Origin: Planctomycetota bacterium
GTDB lineage: Bacteria; Planctomycetota; B15-G4
Direction: 5' to 3'
Assembly: GCA_038212275.1 (NCBI GenBank)
Contig: JBBQUR010000001.1
Coordinates: 32,001 to 96,000 of the forward strand
DNA length: 64,000 bases
Part shown: piece by piece, positions 41,782-50,917 of the stretch
Layout of the letters: each line of letters opens with the position of its first letter
Numbering within the stretch: the first letter of the stretch is position 1
Made by a program: the position numbers and the translations under genes
The notes under the pieces: model-generated
Databases searched by the model: none
Told to the model about the DNA's origin: nothing
Seen by the model: the letters and a program-made list of their open reading frames with translations, nothing else

Positions 41782-42502
41782 GCCACGCGCGCGCCTGAGC
41801 TGCCATCGCAGCCGTGATCTCGTGCCCACCGTCGTGGAGCTGCAGCGTGACGAGAGCGCCGTGCGCGGCCAGCGCGCGCCGACTGTCCTCCGCGGCGGCG
41901 GGAGGGAGCGCCTTGTCCCCGCTCCCGTGCTGCAGGAGGACGGGCTTGCCGCGCACGCCGGGCAACTGCTCGGTGAGGAACTCGGTCTTGAGCCTGCCGG
42001 CCTGCGCGATCCAGCCGGCGACATGCGACGGCGCGCGCACCGCCGCGCAGTGCGCGAGGTAGGCGCCCTGCGAGAAGCCGCAGAGGTAGACGCGTTGCGG
42101 ATCGGCGTCGAGGCGCTGCAGCGCGGCGTCCACCAGCCGCCACAGCGCGGCCTCGCTCTCCGCCAGGCTCGCGGCGAAGGCGGCCTGGTCGCCGGTGTAC
42201 ATGTACCAGGCGTGACCCAGGCGGATGGGCCGATCGGGCTTGCGCACCTCGTGCACGTGGAAGCCGTCGGGCGCAGCGACGGCAAAGTGGGACGGCACGG
42301 CTCCCGACATCCAGCGCCACTGGCGCAGGCCGCTCTGGCCCTGGCCGTGCAGCAGGACGAGCAGCGGCGGGCGCACGCCGCGCTGCGGCTCCGCGGGCGG
42401 CACGAGCAGGCAACTCGTGCGCGTGCTGAACGGCAACTCCATCGTGAAGCCTGCAGGGGCCGCCGGGCCGTCGTGCGCCGGTGGCGGGGCGTCGGCGTTC
42501 AC
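41756..42502 (-). CDS. Alpha/beta hydrolase (phospholipase/carboxylesterase-like)
   Basis: LLHGQGQ, GFSQG nucleophile, HG..D, GGH; alternative ATG 42442. Confidence 0.87.
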   Translation of the reverse strand: MNADAPPPAHDGPAAPAGFTMELPFSTRTSCLLVPPAEPQRGVRPPLLVLLHGQGQSGLRQWRWMSGAVPSHFAVAAPDGFHVHEVRKPDRPIRLGHAWYMYTGDQAAFAASLAESEAALWRLVDAALQRLDADPQRVYLCGFSQGAYLAHCAAVRAPSHVAGWIAQAGRLKTEFLTEQLPGVRGKPVLLQHGSGDKALPPAAAEDSRRALAAHGALVTLQLHDGGHEITAAMAAQARAWLTDVEPRR

Positions 42503-43146
42503 GGTCGGAAGTCGGCGGCGAGAAAGGGATTGCTGCGCCGCTCGCGCCCGATGGTCGTGCCGGGTCCGTGGCCGCAGATCACCTCGGCGTCGTCGTCCAG
42601 CGCCAGTAGTTTGCCGTGCAGGCTCGCGAGGATCTGCGCGGTGTCGCCGCCCCAGAGGTCCGTGCGGCCGATGCCGCCGTGGAAGAGCGTGTCGCCCGCG
42701 AAGACGAGCTGCCGGCCATCCACCTCCAGCACGAAGCTGCAGCTTCCGGGCGTATGGCCCGGCGTGTGCAGCACCTCCAGCCGGTGGCTGCCGAACTCCA
42801 GGCGCTGACCCTCCGTGAGCCAGCCGTCCACCGTGACGGCCTGCGGCACGGGCAAGCCGATCATGCGGCATTGCATGGCCAGGTTGTCGCGCAACCACTC
42901 GTCGCCCTTGTGCAGCCACGCCTTGCCGCCGCACTGCCGCTTGAGTTCCGCGCTGCCGCCGATGTGATCGACGTGAGCGTGCGTGTGCACGATGTGCGTG
43001 ACGGTGAGGCCGGCCGAGGCCAGCCCCGCGGCGATCTCCGCGGCGTCGTCGCCGGGATCCACGACGATGGCGGTGCCGGTGGCCTCGTCGCCGAGGATGG
43101 AGCAGTTGCACTGGAGCGGGCCGACAGGGATCGTCTGAAGCAGCAT
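42499..43146 (-). CDS. MBL-fold metallo-hydrolase (glyoxalase II-like)
   Basis: THAHVDH, HTPGHTPG, GDTLF..GIGRTD, GHG; start ATG 43146. Confidence 0.92.
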   Translation of the reverse strand: MLLQTIPVGPLQCNCSILGDEATGTAIVVDPGDDAAEIAAGLASAGLTVTHIVHTHAHVDHIGGSAELKRQCGGKAWLHKGDEWLRDNLAMQCRMIGLPVPQAVTVDGWLTEGQRLEFGSHRLEVLHTPGHTPGSCSFVLEVDGRQLVFAGDTLFHGGIGRTDLWGGDTAQILASLHGKLLALDDDAEVICGHGPGTTIGRERRSNPFLAADFRP

Positions 43147-43206
43147 GAGCGCATCTTTCCCTCCGGCCGGCACGCTGTCCACACTGCCCGTGACGGGGCG
43201 GGTGCG

Positions 43207-44208
43207 ATGACGCGGCGCGTCGCGATCACCGGGGCCAGCGGCTACCTCGGCCTGGCGCTGGCCCGGCGGCTTGTCGAGCAGGGCGACCGCGTGTCGGGTC
43301 TGGTGCGGCCGACGAGCGCGGAGGCCGCGTGCGCGGAACTCGAGCGCCTCGGCGTCCGGCTCGTGCGCGGCGACGTGACGCAGCCGGACAGCCTGCCGCC
43401 GCTGCTCGACGCCGCGGACCTGGTGGTGCACGGCGCCGCGGTCATCGGCTACCGGCGCCGGCAGTGGGGCGCGATGGCGGCGACGAACGTGCTCGGCACG
43501 AGGCACGTCGTCGAGGCGGCGCTGGCCGTGGGCGTCGGGCGCTTCGTGCACGTGAGCAGCATCGCCGCCATCGGTGTCACCGACAGCCCGCGCCTGCTCG
43601 GCGACGACGCGCCGTACTGCGCGGGCGATCTCGACGCGGCGTACTTCGACACGAAGCACGAGGCCGAGCTCGAGGTGCAGCGCGGATTGCTGGCCGGGCT
43701 CGACGGCGTCATGGTCAACCCGGGTGCGATCTACGGCCCGTCCAGCGTGGCGTCGAACAGCGGTCAGCTCGTCGAGAACATCGCGTCCGGCCGCCTGTCG
43801 ATCGCGCCCGAGGGCGGCATCAACGCCGTGCCGCTGGCCACCGTGGTGGATGGCGTGCTGGCCGCCGCGCTGCGCGGCCGGCGCGGCTGCCGTCACGTGC
43901 TCGGCGGCGAGAACCTGCACCTGCACGAACTCGTTGCGCGCGTGCGCCGGGCCGCCGGACTGCCCGAGCGCGTGCACCGCTTCCCGACCGCGGCGGCGCC
44001 GTGGCTGCGCGCGGCGATGGACCTGGTCGAGCCGTTCGTGCCGGACAGCGTGTGGTTCACCCCGGACCTGTGCGCGGCGTTCGGGCGCTGGATGTGGTTC
44101 GACACGACGCGCATGCGCGCCGAGCTCCGCGTGCAGCCCGCGGACCTCGACGAGTGCCTGCGCGCCACGGTGGCGCGCCTGCGCAGCGACGGCCGGCTCG
44201 CGCGCTAG
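43207..44208 (+). CDS. NAD-dependent epimerase/dehydratase (dihydroflavonol reductase/HpnA-like)
   Basis: TGASGYLG, NV.GT, VSS, Y..TK, NPG.IYGP. Confidence 0.9.
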   Translation: MTRRVAITGASGYLGLALARRLVEQGDRVSGLVRPTSAEAACAELERLGVRLVRGDVTQPDSLPPLLDAADLVVHGAAVIGYRRRQWGAMAATNVLGTRHVVEAALAVGVGRFVHVSSIAAIGVTDSPRLLGDDAPYCAGDLDAAYFDTKHEAELEVQRGLLAGLDGVMVNPGAIYGPSSVASNSGQLVENIASGRLSIAPEGGINAVPLATVVDGVLAAALRGRRGCRHVLGGENLHLHELVARVRRAAGLPERVHRFPTAAAPWLRAAMDLVEPFVPDSVWFTPDLCAAFGRWMWFDTTRMRAELRVQPADLDECLRATVARLRSDGRLAR

Positions 44209-44270
44209 CGCATCGCGCCGCCCGGGACGGTTCGCGTCGCGTCGCTGAGCCCGGGATGGATCGCGTCGCG

Positions 44271-46205
44271 CTACTCGAGGCTGATCGCGTTGCGCTGCAC
44301 GCTGACGCCTTCGCCGACGCGGAAGGTCTCGGGCGGATGGCGCACGGAGGCGATCATCGCCTCGAACGACAGCTGCTTGCCGTAGCACACGAGCTGGTAG
44401 TCGCCCTCCCTGACACGCGTGAACACGAACTGCCCGTGTCCGTCGCTGGCGGTCTGCCGCGAGAAGCCGTTCACCTCGGTGAGACTGACCGTGACGCCGG
44501 TCAGCGTGTCGCCGGAGGCAGACATCGCGTAACCCCTGACCGTGCCGGCGCGCTGCAGCACGAAGGTTTCGATGCCCAGCTCCGTCTCGGCAGCCAGCAC
44601 CACGTCGTTGCGCCGCACGATGGCGTAGTCGGGGTGATCGACCTGCACCTGGTATTTGCTGGCCGAGAGGTCCTCCAGCGTGAAGCGTCCCTCGGCGTCG
44701 GTGCGCACGCCTTGCGGAGGGACGCCGGGGATCGGCTGCGTGTCGCGCAGGAAGTCCAGCTCGGGCTCGAAGTTGGCGTGCAGCGTCACGGTGGCGTTGG
44801 CCACGGGTCCGTCGACATCGCGCACGACGCCCGTCAGCGTGGAGCCTCGCAGCAGCGTGACAGTCATGCCGCCGACCTGCTCGCCCTGCTTGACCTTCAT
44901 CGGCACGCTCGAGGTGAGCGAGTAGCCCTTGGCCCACACGTCCACGGACCAGAATCCGGGGTCGATGTCGTTCACGACGAAACTGCCGTCGGCACTCGTG
45001 ACGCGCTGGAAGGCGCCGCTGGGCAAGGCGGAATCCAGCCTCCGCTTGCGGCACTGCGCCTGCAGATCGAAAGCCCGGATGGGACGGCCATCCGAGCCGA
45101 CCACAACGCCCGCGAGACTTCCCTGGCGCTCCAGGCGGATCGTCAGCTCGGCCTGCGGCTTGTCGGCGAAGCTGCGATCGCGACCTGCCGTGTAGCCCTT
45201 GAGCGTGACGAAGATCGAGTAATTGCCGGGCAAGAGATCCTCGAGAAGGAAGCGGCCGTCGGCCCGCGTGAGAGTCTCCGAGTAGCCGGAGCCCTGGTCC
45301 ATCGGCTGCGCGAACACGTGCGCTCCCGCCAGCGGGTGGTCGTCGTCGTGATCGAGGACGCGGCCGCTCAGCGTGCCCGCCGGCACCAGCTTCACGGGCA
45401 CGTCGATCTCGCCGATGCGCTCGCCGGGATCGAGGCTGCCCGGAGTCATCGCGTTCGCATAACCCTTGGCGGACACCATGAGCGAGAACGATTCGACGGC
45501 CGCATGAGCGATCCGGAAGCGGCCCGACGCGTCGCTCAGCACCAGGCGAACCGGTGCGGGAATCAGCATCTCCGTGGATTCGCCGGCCTCACGGCTCATG
45601 GGGCCCTGGAGCAAGCCGACGCGGGCGCCCGTCACGGGCACGCCCTGCTCGTTGAACACCGTGCCCGTGATGGTGAGCCCGTCCGGAATGACCAGGTCGC
45701 CGAGATGCGTGGGGCGGCCCGACTCGACGGTGAACGGTCCCAGCTCGGCGGCCGAGAACTCCTCGCCGTCCACGCGCAGCATGAGGTCGGTCATGGCCGG
45801 CACGCCGGAGAGCGTGAACGCACCCGTGTCGTCCGAGACGGCGCGCAGTCCCAGCGGCTGCAGCTCGGACATGCCGGGGATGCCCGCGTTGTTGCCCTGC
45901 AGCGCCTCGATGCGCCCGGCGCGCAGCGGCCGGTGCTCCGCGGTGACGATGCGTGCGTCGACGCTGGCCGCGACCGGGCCCGGGGTCGGCGGCGGGGGCG
46001 CCGGCCGCCGGTCGGCCGGCGGCACACTGATCACCGGCTTGCCGGACGGTGGTCGCGCGTCCGAGCCGCGGCTCACGACGCTGGCAGGGTCGGGCGGTGC
46101 CGCCGGCGACTCGTCCGCGCGCAACACGAGCATCACCAGCACGACGCCGAGGGCCAGCGCGGCGCCGACGGCCAGCGATCTGAAGAGCTTGCGCGAGTCG
46201 GCCAT
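44271..46205 (-). CDS. Membrane-anchored protein with repeated carboxypeptidase-regulatory-like beta domains
   Basis: N-terminal TM, Pro-rich linker, repeats of G.V...G.P..GA.V...TD.DG.F....L..G.Y. Confidence 0.85.
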   Translation of the reverse strand: MADSRKLFRSLAVGAALALGVVLVMLVLRADESPAAPPDPASVVSRGSDARPPSGKPVISVPPADRRPAPPPPTPGPVAASVDARIVTAEHRPLRAGRIEALQGNNAGIPGMSELQPLGLRAVSDDTGAFTLSGVPAMTDLMLRVDGEEFSAAELGPFTVESGRPTHLGDLVIPDGLTITGTVFNEQGVPVTGARVGLLQGPMSREAGESTEMLIPAPVRLVLSDASGRFRIAHAAVESFSLMVSAKGYANAMTPGSLDPGERIGEIDVPVKLVPAGTLSGRVLDHDDDHPLAGAHVFAQPMDQGSGYSETLTRADGRFLLEDLLPGNYSIFVTLKGYTAGRDRSFADKPQAELTIRLERQGSLAGVVVGSDGRPIRAFDLQAQCRKRRLDSALPSGAFQRVTSADGSFVVNDIDPGFWSVDVWAKGYSLTSSVPMKVKQGEQVGGMTVTLLRGSTLTGVVRDVDGPVANATVTLHANFEPELDFLRDTQPIPGVPPQGVRTDAEGRFTLEDLSASKYQVQVDHPDYAIVRRNDVVLAAETELGIETFVLQRAGTVRGYAMSASGDTLTGVTVSLTEVNGFSRQTASDGHGQFVFTRVREGDYQLVCYGKQLSFEAMIASVRHPPETFRVGEGVSVQRNAISLE

Positions 46206-46257
46206 GGGTGCGTGCGGCTTGAACGCCAGAGGGGCGAAGGTGTGGGGAAGGATTTTC

Positions 46258-46287
46258 TTGGACTGGGATGCTGCTGCCTAACATAAT
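46258..46287 (+). promoter_or_regulatory. Putative tRNA promoter TTGGAC-N18-CATAAT
   Basis: Upstream of tRNA-Glu and followed by a GC-rich discriminator-like stretch. Confidence 0.5.
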
Positions 46288-46321
46288 CCCCGCCCTCTCT
46301 GACCGGACGTGCCGGACACGT

Positions 46322-46399
46322 GGTCCCATCGTCTAGCCAGGTCCAGGACAGCTGCCTCTCACGCAGCAGACACGGGTTCGAATCCCGTTGGGACTACCA
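46322..46399 (+). tRNA. tRNA-Glu(CTC)
   Basis: Acceptor GGTCCCA/TGGGACT, anticodon arm GCTGC-CTCTCAC-GCAGC, T-loop TTCGAAT, encoded CCA. Confidence 0.96.
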
Positions 46400-46568
46400 C
46401 GAGGATGCCGGCAAGCGTCGGATCCGGTCAGCGAACGCGATGCCGATTCCGGCACGTTCAGATCTGCGGCGCAAGGCGCGTGCGGTGCGCCGGGGGCGGC
46501 TCACGCGCCGCGGGCGCCCCCCGGCCCGTCGAGCACGAGGGCGCGGCCCGGGGGCAGCGATCACCGCC

Positions 46569-47102
46569 ATGACTGCCTTGCAACCCCTTGCCAACGGGCG
46601 GCCCCGCAACGTCGTCCTCATCGGCATGCGGGCCAGCGGCAAGACCACCTTGGGACGAGAGCTTGCTGCGCGCCTGCAGCTGCCGTTCCTCGACCTCGAC
46701 GAGGAGCTCGGGCGCGTGTCCGGTTGCCCGGCCGAGGTCGTGCTTTCCCGGCAGGGTGAGGCCGCCTTCCGGGGTGTGGAGGCACGCGTGCTCGTCGCGG
46801 CCTCGGCGCTGGCCGGGCATGTCGTCGCCACGGGCGGCGGGGCGGTTCTTCACGGGCCCTGCTTCGCGGCGCTGGCTGCCACCGGCACGGTGGTGTGGCT
46901 GGATGCCGCGCCGCAGACGCTGGCCGCGCGCGCCACGGCGGCGCACCGCACGCCGCTCAGCGGCCTGCCCCCGGACGAAGAAGTGGCCGAACTGCTGCGG
47001 CAGCGCGAAGCGCTCTACCGGCAGGCCGCGCACTTCGTGGTTCGGACGGATGTCGGCAATCCTATACTCGCGCTGCTCGACGTCCTGAGGAACCCGGACT
47101 GA
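46569..47102 (+). CDS. aroK: Shikimate kinase
   Basis: LIGMRASGKTT, DLD, GE..FR..E, ATGGG, RTPL, R..LY. Confidence 0.92.
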   Translation: MTALQPLANGRPRNVVLIGMRASGKTTLGRELAARLQLPFLDLDEELGRVSGCPAEVVLSRQGEAAFRGVEARVLVAASALAGHVVATGGGAVLHGPCFAALAATGTVVWLDAAPQTLAARATAAHRTPLSGLPPDEEVAELLRQREALYRQAAHFVVRTDVGNPILALLDVLRNPD

Positions 47103-47107
47103 TCCCG

Positions 47108-49735
47108 ATGCAACGTCCCGCCAGCCGACTCGCCGCCGTGTTGCTGCTGATCGGCGCCACCTCGGTTTCGGCGTCGGCGCGCATGGCGCCGCAGCAGGCC
47201 GGCAACGTGCCGCCGACGGTGCCCACGGGAGGCTCTCCGCAGACCCAGCCTGCCGGCGCGGTGGCCGACACCGTCCCGGACGAACTGCGCCAGGCTCGCG
47301 ACCTCGTCGAGCGCGGCGGCGACGATCACGCGCGCCTCGTGCTGGCCGCGAAGACGCTGATCGATGCCGGCGATCTCTCCACCCTGCGCCTTGTGCTCAC
47401 CGGCCGCGCGCTCAAGCCGCTGTCGGGCCTGCTGCGCGCGCTCGAGAAGCTGGATGGCGCGAGCATCGAGCCGCTGCTGCCGGAGATCCTCAGTGCCGCG
47501 GGCAGCCAGTCCGTTGCCGCGGTGCGCGAGCTGGCGCAGACGGACCTGCGCTACCTCGCGGCGAGCCGCGCGAGCGCGGTCGAGACCTGCATCGGCTGGC
47601 TCGCGGACCCGGCGCTCGCCGCCGCCAGCCGCAGCGCGCTGGTCGATGCCCTCGGCGAGTCGCGCAATCTCGTGGCCGTCGAGCCGCTCATCCGTGCGCT
47701 CGAAGGGCCGCAGGCTGCCGAAGCGCGCGTCGCCCTGAAGCAGCTCACGGGGCACGACCCCGGACCCCACGCAGGCGTGCCCGAGTGGACCGCCTTCTGG
47801 GATGAGTCGCGCCATTTCAAGCGGGACGTGCTGCTCGAGCAGGCGCTGCAGGCGCAGGAACTCGTGCATGAGCAACTGCTGGAGTCGATGGCGGCCGAGG
47901 TCGTGCGCTCGCGCATCGATCGCATGGACAACGACATCGAGAAGCTCATCACGGGGCTGGCGGACGACTATCCCGACGTGCGGCTGGCTGCTGCCGTCCG
48001 GCTCGCAGCGCACGAGAACAAGACGGGCGCCGCGGCTGCGGTGCCGGTGCTGCTGCGCCGACTCGGCCACGCGGTCCTCGGCAACGGGGGCAATGCGGCG
48101 CTGGAAGGCCTTGCCATTCCGGCGCTGGAGTCCGTGCCGTTGCTCGTGCCGCTTGCCGCGCCGCCGGCGGCCGCGACGGATGTCGTGCTGACGCTGGAGA
48201 CGGACCCGGGAGTGCGCGCGCAGTTCGTCACCAGCGTCGGCCAGGTCGGGCGCGGCCGCGACGACGTGCGCACGGCGCTGCTGGCCGAGCTGCAGACCTC
48301 GCCGTATGGCGTGGTCACGGCGGCGGCCGCGGCGGCGTTGTGCACCCTGCGCGACCAGCCCTCCGTGGTGGCGCCGCTGCTCGACTACCTCGAGCGCATG
48401 CCGGGCGAAGAAAACTCCGTCACGATTCTGCAGGCCATCGCGCTGAACAAGCCGATCGGCGTGATTCCGCGCCTGGCGGCGCTGGCGGTTCCCGAACAGC
48501 TTCCCCGCGTGCGCGCTGCGGCCGTGCGCGCGCTCATGGCCTCGGAGAACACGCAGCTTGCGCTCGATCGGCTGCAGCAGATCTTCCTGATCGACACGAA
48601 CACCGACGTCCACTTCGCGATGGCGGTCGCGCTCGGCGACCGGGTGCGCACGCTCACGGCCGATGCCGTGGAACGCACGCGCGTGGTCGCGCTGCTCGGC
48701 GCGCTGCTGGACGACGTGGCGCCGAGCGTGCGCGCCGAGGCGGCCTCCGCCCTCGGTCGGACCGGGGCGAACGCGGCCGTTGCGCTCCTGGAGAAGCGCT
48801 CTGCCGCGGAGACGGAAGCGAGCGTCGTCGTCGCCATCGTGCAGGCGCTCGGATCGCTGAAGCTGCAGGAAGCCGTGCCCGTCATCGGGCGCATCGTGGC
48901 GCAGCGTCGCAGCGTGCCGCTGCCCGGACTGGAGACCGCGGCGCAATCCGCGCTGTCCGTGCTGGGCGAGCAGCGGCCGCCGGTGCAATGGCTCGAGCTG
49001 GCCGAGTCGCTCGCGGGCAACGAGGCGCACTCGCTGGCAGCGTGGTGCTACGCGGAGGTCATCCGACGCTTCGAGTCGCGCGCCGAAGCGCGGGATGCGC
49101 TGGCGCTGGCGCGCGCCGGCCGGGCCCGTGAACTCGTCGCGGCAGCCCAGCCCGAGGAGGCGCTGCGGCTGCTGGAGCAGCTGGCCGCCGACAATGCGCT
49201 CTATCCCTCCGTCGTGGAGCGGCTCGCCCTGCAGGCGCGCGCGTGCGAGGCACTGAGCAACTTCGGGAAGGCCGCGGACTTCTGGAGCGCGCGCCTCGAA
49301 CTGCTGCCCGAAGGCGAGAGCAGTCGCCTGGCGACGCAGCGCTCGTGGGCCGATGCACTGCGCAAGGCGGGGCGCAACACCGAGGCGCTCAAGCAGCTCC
49401 GCGAACTCGTCGCCGTGGATGGCGCCAACAACACGCTGCTGTTCGACCTCGCGCAGGTCGAGGAGCAACTCGGGCAGTACGCGGAGGCGCAGACCGATCT
49501 CGACCGCCTGCTCGGCCGGTTGGCGGAGCAGGATGCGGGGCTGCGCGTGCAGGTGCAGGCTTCGCTCGATCGCGTGCGGGCCGTGCTCGCAGGCAACCTG
49601 CCGGCACCTGCTGCTGCTCCTGCGAAGCCCGCCGAGACACCGGCGAAGCCCGCCGAGACACCGGCGAAGCCCGCCGACTCCGTGCCCGAGAAGGAGTCGG
49701 TCGGCCCTTCCGGTCAGACCACGCCCGGTCGCTGA
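47108..49735 (+). CDS. Secreted HEAT-repeat/TPR protein
   Basis: Signal peptide; ALKQLTG...W..FW, VR..AA HEAT units, TPR-like C-terminus, PAKPAET tail. Confidence 0.8.
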   Translation: MQRPASRLAAVLLLIGATSVSASARMAPQQAGNVPPTVPTGGSPQTQPAGAVADTVPDELRQARDLVERGGDDHARLVLAAKTLIDAGDLSTLRLVLTGRALKPLSGLLRALEKLDGASIEPLLPEILSAAGSQSVAAVRELAQTDLRYLAASRASAVETCIGWLADPALAAASRSALVDALGESRNLVAVEPLIRALEGPQAAEARVALKQLTGHDPGPHAGVPEWTAFWDESRHFKRDVLLEQALQAQELVHEQLLESMAAEVVRSRIDRMDNDIEKLITGLADDYPDVRLAAAVRLAAHENKTGAAAAVPVLLRRLGHAVLGNGGNAALEGLAIPALESVPLLVPLAAPPAAATDVVLTLETDPGVRAQFVTSVGQVGRGRDDVRTALLAELQTSPYGVVTAAAAAALCTLRDQPSVVAPLLDYLERMPGEENSVTILQAIALNKPIGVIPRLAALAVPEQLPRVRAAAVRALMASENTQLALDRLQQIFLIDTNTDVHFAMAVALGDRVRTLTADAVERTRVVALLGALLDDVAPSVRAEAASALGRTGANAAVALLEKRSAAETEASVVVAIVQALGSLKLQEAVPVIGRIVAQRRSVPLPGLETAAQSALSVLGEQRPPVQWLELAESLAGNEAHSLAAWCYAEVIRRFESRAEARDALALARAGRARELVAAAQPEEALRLLEQLAADNALYPSVVERLALQARACEALSNFGKAADFWSARLELLPEGESSRLATQRSWADALRKAGRNTEALKQLRELVAVDGANNTLLFDLAQVEEQLGQYAEAQTDLDRLLGRLAEQDAGLRVQVQASLDRVRAVLAGNLPAPAAAPAKPAETPAKPAETPAKPADSVPEKESVGPSGQTTPGR
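49622..49677. repeat. Intragenic 21-bp repeat x2.7 (AKPAETP)
   Basis: GCGAAGCCCGCCGAGACACCG x2 plus a partial copy. Confidence 0.85.
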
Positions 49736-49738
49736 GCC

Positions 49739-50041
49739 GTGGCCCGCGAAGCGGCGCTGCACCTGCTGGGGCACGCGGCCTGCGCCGTCGGCCTCGTGGC
49801 GCTCGCCCTGCTGGCGTTCTGCCTCGTGTCGCCGCCGGGAGATCCGAGGCACGCGCAACATCTGCTGGTGGCCGCGGCGTGCAGCCTGTCGCTGGGCTGG
49901 GGTCTGCGTCTTTCCTGCGACATGGCGCCCGACACGGTGGACGCGCGCGCTCGTCTCGCCGTGCTGGCTGGCGGTGCCGTCCTCGTCGCGCTCTGTGCTT
50001 CGCTGCCGTGGTGGCTCGCGCACGCCGGCGGGGCTCGCTGA
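49739..50041 (+). CDS. Small hypothetical membrane protein (3 TM)
   Basis: Three hydrophobic segments; starts 3 nt after the upstream stop. Confidence 0.5.
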   Translation: MAREAALHLLGHAACAVGLVALALLAFCLVSPPGDPRHAQHLLVAAACSLSLGWGLRLSCDMAPDTVDARARLAVLAGGAVLVALCASLPWWLAHAGGAR

Positions 50042-50203
50042 GTCGCGCCGCCGCTTCATGACCGACATGCCTCGCAGCGAGCTGCTGCGATCGTCGTTGT
50101 CGCGCCACGGGAGTGCCGTTGACGTCAGCCGGGGCGTGTCCTAGGTTCACGAGGTCTCGGGATGTTCGGCGTGCCACCGGCCGGATGCCCCCACGAGGTC
50201 GCC

Positions 50204-50824
50204 ATGTGGGACTGGGAACTGCTCAACAAGTCCGCCGACACCACCATCTACTTCGGGATGGCTGTCGGGGCCACGCTGCTTTTCCTGCTGCGCCTCGCGC
50301 TGTCGATGATCGGCGGCGACGCCGGCGGTGATCACGGCGGCGACTTCAGCATGGACGTGCACGGCGACGCGATGGGCGGCGACCATCCGGGCGACGCGCA
50401 TCACGACAGCACGGGCGCCTTCAGGCTGCTGTCCACCCTGTCCGTGCTGGCCTTCATCATGGGCGCGGGCTGGATGGGGCTGGCCTGCCGCCTCGACTGG
50501 CAGCTTGGCAGGGGCGCGTCGCTCGCGGCCGCCTTCGCCTTCGGCTTCGTCTGCATGCTGCTCTCCTCGCTGCTGATGCGCAGCATGCGCAGCCTCAACA
50601 GTGAGCCGCACATCGACATGCGGCTGTGCATCGGTTCGGCCGCGCAGGTCTACCTGCCGATTCCACCGCGCGGCGCCGGCAGGGGCCAGGTGCGCGTGAA
50701 CGTGGACGGCCGCAGCCGCATCGTCGCAGCGGGCAGCATCGGTCCGGCGATTCCGGCATTTCGCTCCGTGAAGGTGCTCTCCGTCGAGTCGGATGACTCG
50801 ATCGTCGTCGAGCCTCAGACGTAG
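50204..50824 (+). CDS. NfeD-like (YuaF/YqiJ-type) membrane protein
   Basis: TM helices, His/Asp-rich loop, C-terminal OB fold (VYLPIP...GQVRV...V.V); upstream of flotillin. Confidence 0.82.
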   Translation: MWDWELLNKSADTTIYFGMAVGATLLFLLRLALSMIGGDAGGDHGGDFSMDVHGDAMGGDHPGDAHHDSTGAFRLLSTLSVLAFIMGAGWMGLACRLDWQLGRGASLAAAFAFGFVCMLLSSLLMRSMRSLNSEPHIDMRLCIGSAAQVYLPIPPRGAGRGQVRVNVDGRSRIVAAGSIGPAIPAFRSVKVLSVESDDSIVVEPQT

Positions 50825-50917
50825 CCACACCTGCGGCGGTCGGCCCAGGGGCCGGCTTCCGCCGCACGATCACACGGTGCGATGCATCGCACCGACTCAG
50901 GAAAGGGAACCCCCGAC

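Noticed and set aside
49733..49741. In-frame TGA between the HEAT/TPR gene and the small TM ORF as Sec read-through (selB is present)
   Set aside because: It follows a low-complexity tail, has no redox or Cys-equivalent context and no convincing SECIS.
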